Assembly: GCA_963575745.1 (NCBI GenBank)
Contig: CAUYUJ010000001.1
Coordinates: 1,612,001-1,676,000, forward strand
DNA: 64,000 bases
Direction of reading: 5' to 3'
From: Prorocentrum cordatum
Lineage: Eukaryota
In this document: piece by piece, positions 61,000-64,000 of the stretch
How the letters are laid out: every line of letters starts with the position of its first letter
Numbering within the stretch: the stretch's first letter is position 1
Translations under genes and position numbers: made by a program
The notes under the pieces: generated by a model
What the model was told of the DNA's origin: nothing
Databases searched by the model: none
What the model saw: only the letters and a program-made list of their open reading frames with translations

Positions 61000-61470
61000 A
61001 AACGGGATACCTTGCGGGATACCATACTGTACGGGAAACAATGCGGGATGCCATACGGAAGACCACGTGGGAGACCCTGCGGGGGACCATGCGGGAGACC
61101 ATGCGGGAGAGAATGCGGGGGAACATTCGGGACACCGTACGGGAGACCCTGCGGGAGACCATTCGGGAGACCATGCGGGTGACCGTGCGGGAGACAATGC
61201 GGAAGACCACGTGGGAGACCATGCGGGAGACCATGCGGGAGACCATGCGGGAGAGAATGTGGGAGCCCAACTGGAGATCACGCGGGAGACCATGGGGCAG
61301 ACAATACGGGAGACAATGCGGGAGACCATACGGGAGACCATGTGGGAGACCATGCGGGAGATCATGCGGGAGACCATGCGGGAGACCAAGCGGTAGGCCA
61401 TACGGGAGATTGGACGTGAGACCATACGGGAGACCATAAAAGAGACCATACGGGGAATCATGCCGGAGAC
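61000..61470 (+). repeat. 12-bp minisatellite (GGGAGACCATGC)n
   Basis: Seen directly; it produces the ETMR/GDHA/GRPC repeat ORFs. Confidence 0.95.
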
Positions 61471-63279
61471 CGCACTGAAGATCACCGGTTCACACCAGCC
61501 CTTAGAAGCATTGTCTATAGCGATTTAACAGACAAGCTGTTTAGGGTACGTACAGCAATCCTACCAGACACTACTTGGTGTTGCACCACGCCTCGGAGTG
61601 CCAGGGGGCACGGTGGCGGATACCAACAGCAAATTGAGTGGTGTCTGGCCGTGTCCGCGTGATAACTTTGATCTGGAGCGTTTGTGATGGCCCAGCCAGG
61701 GTGCTGCTGATCGTCGTGCGCACGTGGGCCATGGTTCTCTAGACGGTGGCAACAACCAGACTGCGCTGCTCCCCGTGACGAGCAGCTCGGACTGCGGGGT
61801 TGAATCAGGCACTCTCATCAGGGAGGTCGTAGATGTTGCAGTCCAGGGGCCACTGGGCTAGTTTTACGCGTTTGCGACTAGGGCGGTGAAGGGGTGCGCT
61901 GTCGTGTAGCCTGGACATGCAGCCGTTCATGTTTGCTGCAAGGTGACGCGAGGTGGCTGTGCTCCAGGTTGGCCCGCTATTGGGCGTACCAGTCTCGAAA
62001 TGGTTTCAGAACGTCGCTACCAGGCCCCTTTGAAGCACGAGGAGTGGCAAAGCCAACGGCGGTGTGTTGGCATGCTGGTCTTAGTAGGTCGCCGTCCCCA
62101 CTGGTCCAGTCGAGATGATGACATCGGTGGATATGTGCAGCTTGCCTCGCAGGATACAACAGCGCATGGGCCACATGTTGACTCGTTAAGGTTTGTGGTT
62201 TGTGTGCTTCTAAGACGTTCGTGGGCTTGCCAGATTTAAAAAGGTTGATGGTTGGTATGTGAGTTGCCATTTCTAAGATTTGTTATGGAAAAGTTCTGGG
62301 GCTGCCGCGTTCTCGCAGCGCGCAGGACGTTGAGCAGGAATTCCCGCACGAGGCAGACGGTGTGAAGGGCCAGCCGGAGGAGGAGCGGCACAAAGGCCTT
62401 GTCCACAGAGGCCATCCTGAGGCTCCTTCAGACAGTCGACCGCACAAGGTGAATCGCAGCGCCTTTGCTTTGGACTTCTTGCACCGCGACTCAAGGTCCA
62501 GGGCTTAACATCGGCCGTGAGGAAACCTTACTTCCCCTCCCGTCCCTGCCCCCCCCCTCTCCCCCCCTACTCGAGTGGAGAAAGGGGCGAACTGGGGATG
62601 CAGGATGGGGGAAGAGGAGGGTTGGAGGAGGAGGAGGAGGAGGAGGGAAAGGAGGAGGACCAGAGTAAACCCGATATGAGTTCAAGATTGTACAACGCAC
62701 TTTCCTGTCCCAAGTCCCTTTGTCACTGGGCCCATCAGTGTTTGAAATGCACCGCCCTCCATGCTTCGATCAATAAGGACTGCGACAAGTTGGGCTTCTC
62801 AACGTACAGGAGGTGCCCAGCGACAGCCTCGCGTTGAAAAGGAATCGCCCTGCATACGTGTAGCTGTTGGGCGAAGCTTGACTTCCGGCAGTCATATCAC
62901 ACGAGGTCTCGGGCGAGAACCCCGCATTGAAAGGAACCGCCCTCGACCGCCCGTAGAACAATTGCACAAGTTTGCATGTCTGGTATGCCTATCTATGTAT
63001 GTATGTGTATATATATGTATGTATGTATATATATATATATATGTATGTGTAGCTTTCTCTCTCTCTCTCTCTGTGGAGCCCCCACTGTCGAGACGATCGA
63101 AGCAGTCGTGATGGTTCATCACATGTAAAACACCGTTCGTGTGCTCCCGCCGCCGCCCAGGATGGGTGGGCGGATCAAGTTACTGAAATCCGACGAGCGG
63201 CATTCGCCCTCGTAGAGCTCACTAAGACGCCCGTGTAGGCCTCTGCGGATTCCGTGTGGACTCCTTCTGAGTACGAACG

Positions 63280-63408
63280 ATATATATATATATACATATG
63301 TATACATATAGTTTTTCTCCCCCTCTCTCTATAAATAAATAAATATATATATATATATATGTGTATATATATATGTATATATATATATGTCTATATATAT
63401 ATATATAT
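63280..63408. repeat. (AT)n microsatellite (others at 12640-12686, 12770-12802, 28147-28237, 53350-53387, 62990-63070)
   Basis: Seen directly. Confidence 0.95.
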
Positions 63409-64000
63409 CGAAAGAGCCCCACGGGCGCCAGAGTTGGCCCCCCTCCCCCATCGCCAAGGGGACCCGTGGGGACGCAGGGGGGCTTCGAATTGGAACGCGC
63501 GAATTACACCTAGGCCCAGCGAGGAACAAATCAGCACAACGTTAGCTGAGAGGAGGAGGAGGCGGAGGAGGAGGAGGAGGAGGAGGAGGAGAGACGAGCG
63601 GCGCGTGCGGCAGCAGGGGCGGCCAGGCAAGGGAGAGGAAGGGAAGAAAGAAACGGACCAGGGGTGGGGGCGGTCGGCCGGCGGGGATCGTGGTGGTGGT
63701 GGTCATGGTCGGAATGGGCGTAGTGGTCGTGGGGGCGGTAGTCGTAGCGGTGGTCGTCGTAGTGGTCGTGGTGGTCGTAGTGGTATTGATGGTCGCGGCG
63801 GTCGCAGGAGCTCGTGGTGGTGGGTGAGCGAAGTGGCGGTGGGCTCGGTTGCCGTAGCGGTCGTGGGGCGGCTGCCGTGGTGGCGGTCGGCGGGCGCGCT
63901 AGTGGCCGAAGTGCTGGTGGCAGTGGTCGCGCTGGAGCTGGTGGTCGCTACAATGGGCCGCTCACGCTGCACTCAGCAGCATCTCAGCGTTGCCGAACGC

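Overview
GC-rich, repeat-saturated eukaryotic DNA, most likely from a dinoflagellate. This is inferred from an 18/21 match to the dinoflagellate spliced leader at 1260-1280 and from the retroelement types. I found no intact host gene, rRNA, tRNA or CRISPR array. The window is a nested mosaic of decayed mobile elements, minisatellites and microsatellites. The main feature is a complete but decayed 9.06-kb Ty1/copia LTR retrotransposon (45168-54225) with LTRs, a 4-bp TSD and a PBS. Its polyprotein carries a C5 cytosine-methyltransferase-like domain (motifs I, IV, VI, X) between protease and integrase. An SL-capped LINE (RT plus RNase H, about 1260-11340) is split in frame by a 5.85-kb TIR-bounded insert filled with (GGTCAC)n and a G-quadruplex-prone satellite containing TTAGGG. 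Also present: two more LINE remnants, a probable PIF1/Helitron helicase remnant, several MITE families (one with TSDs of 11, 6 and 5 bp), and a head-to-tail composite satellite element. Inactivating substitutions across the elements look skewed towards A>G/T>C. All calls were made by eye from motifs and structure; no database search was run.
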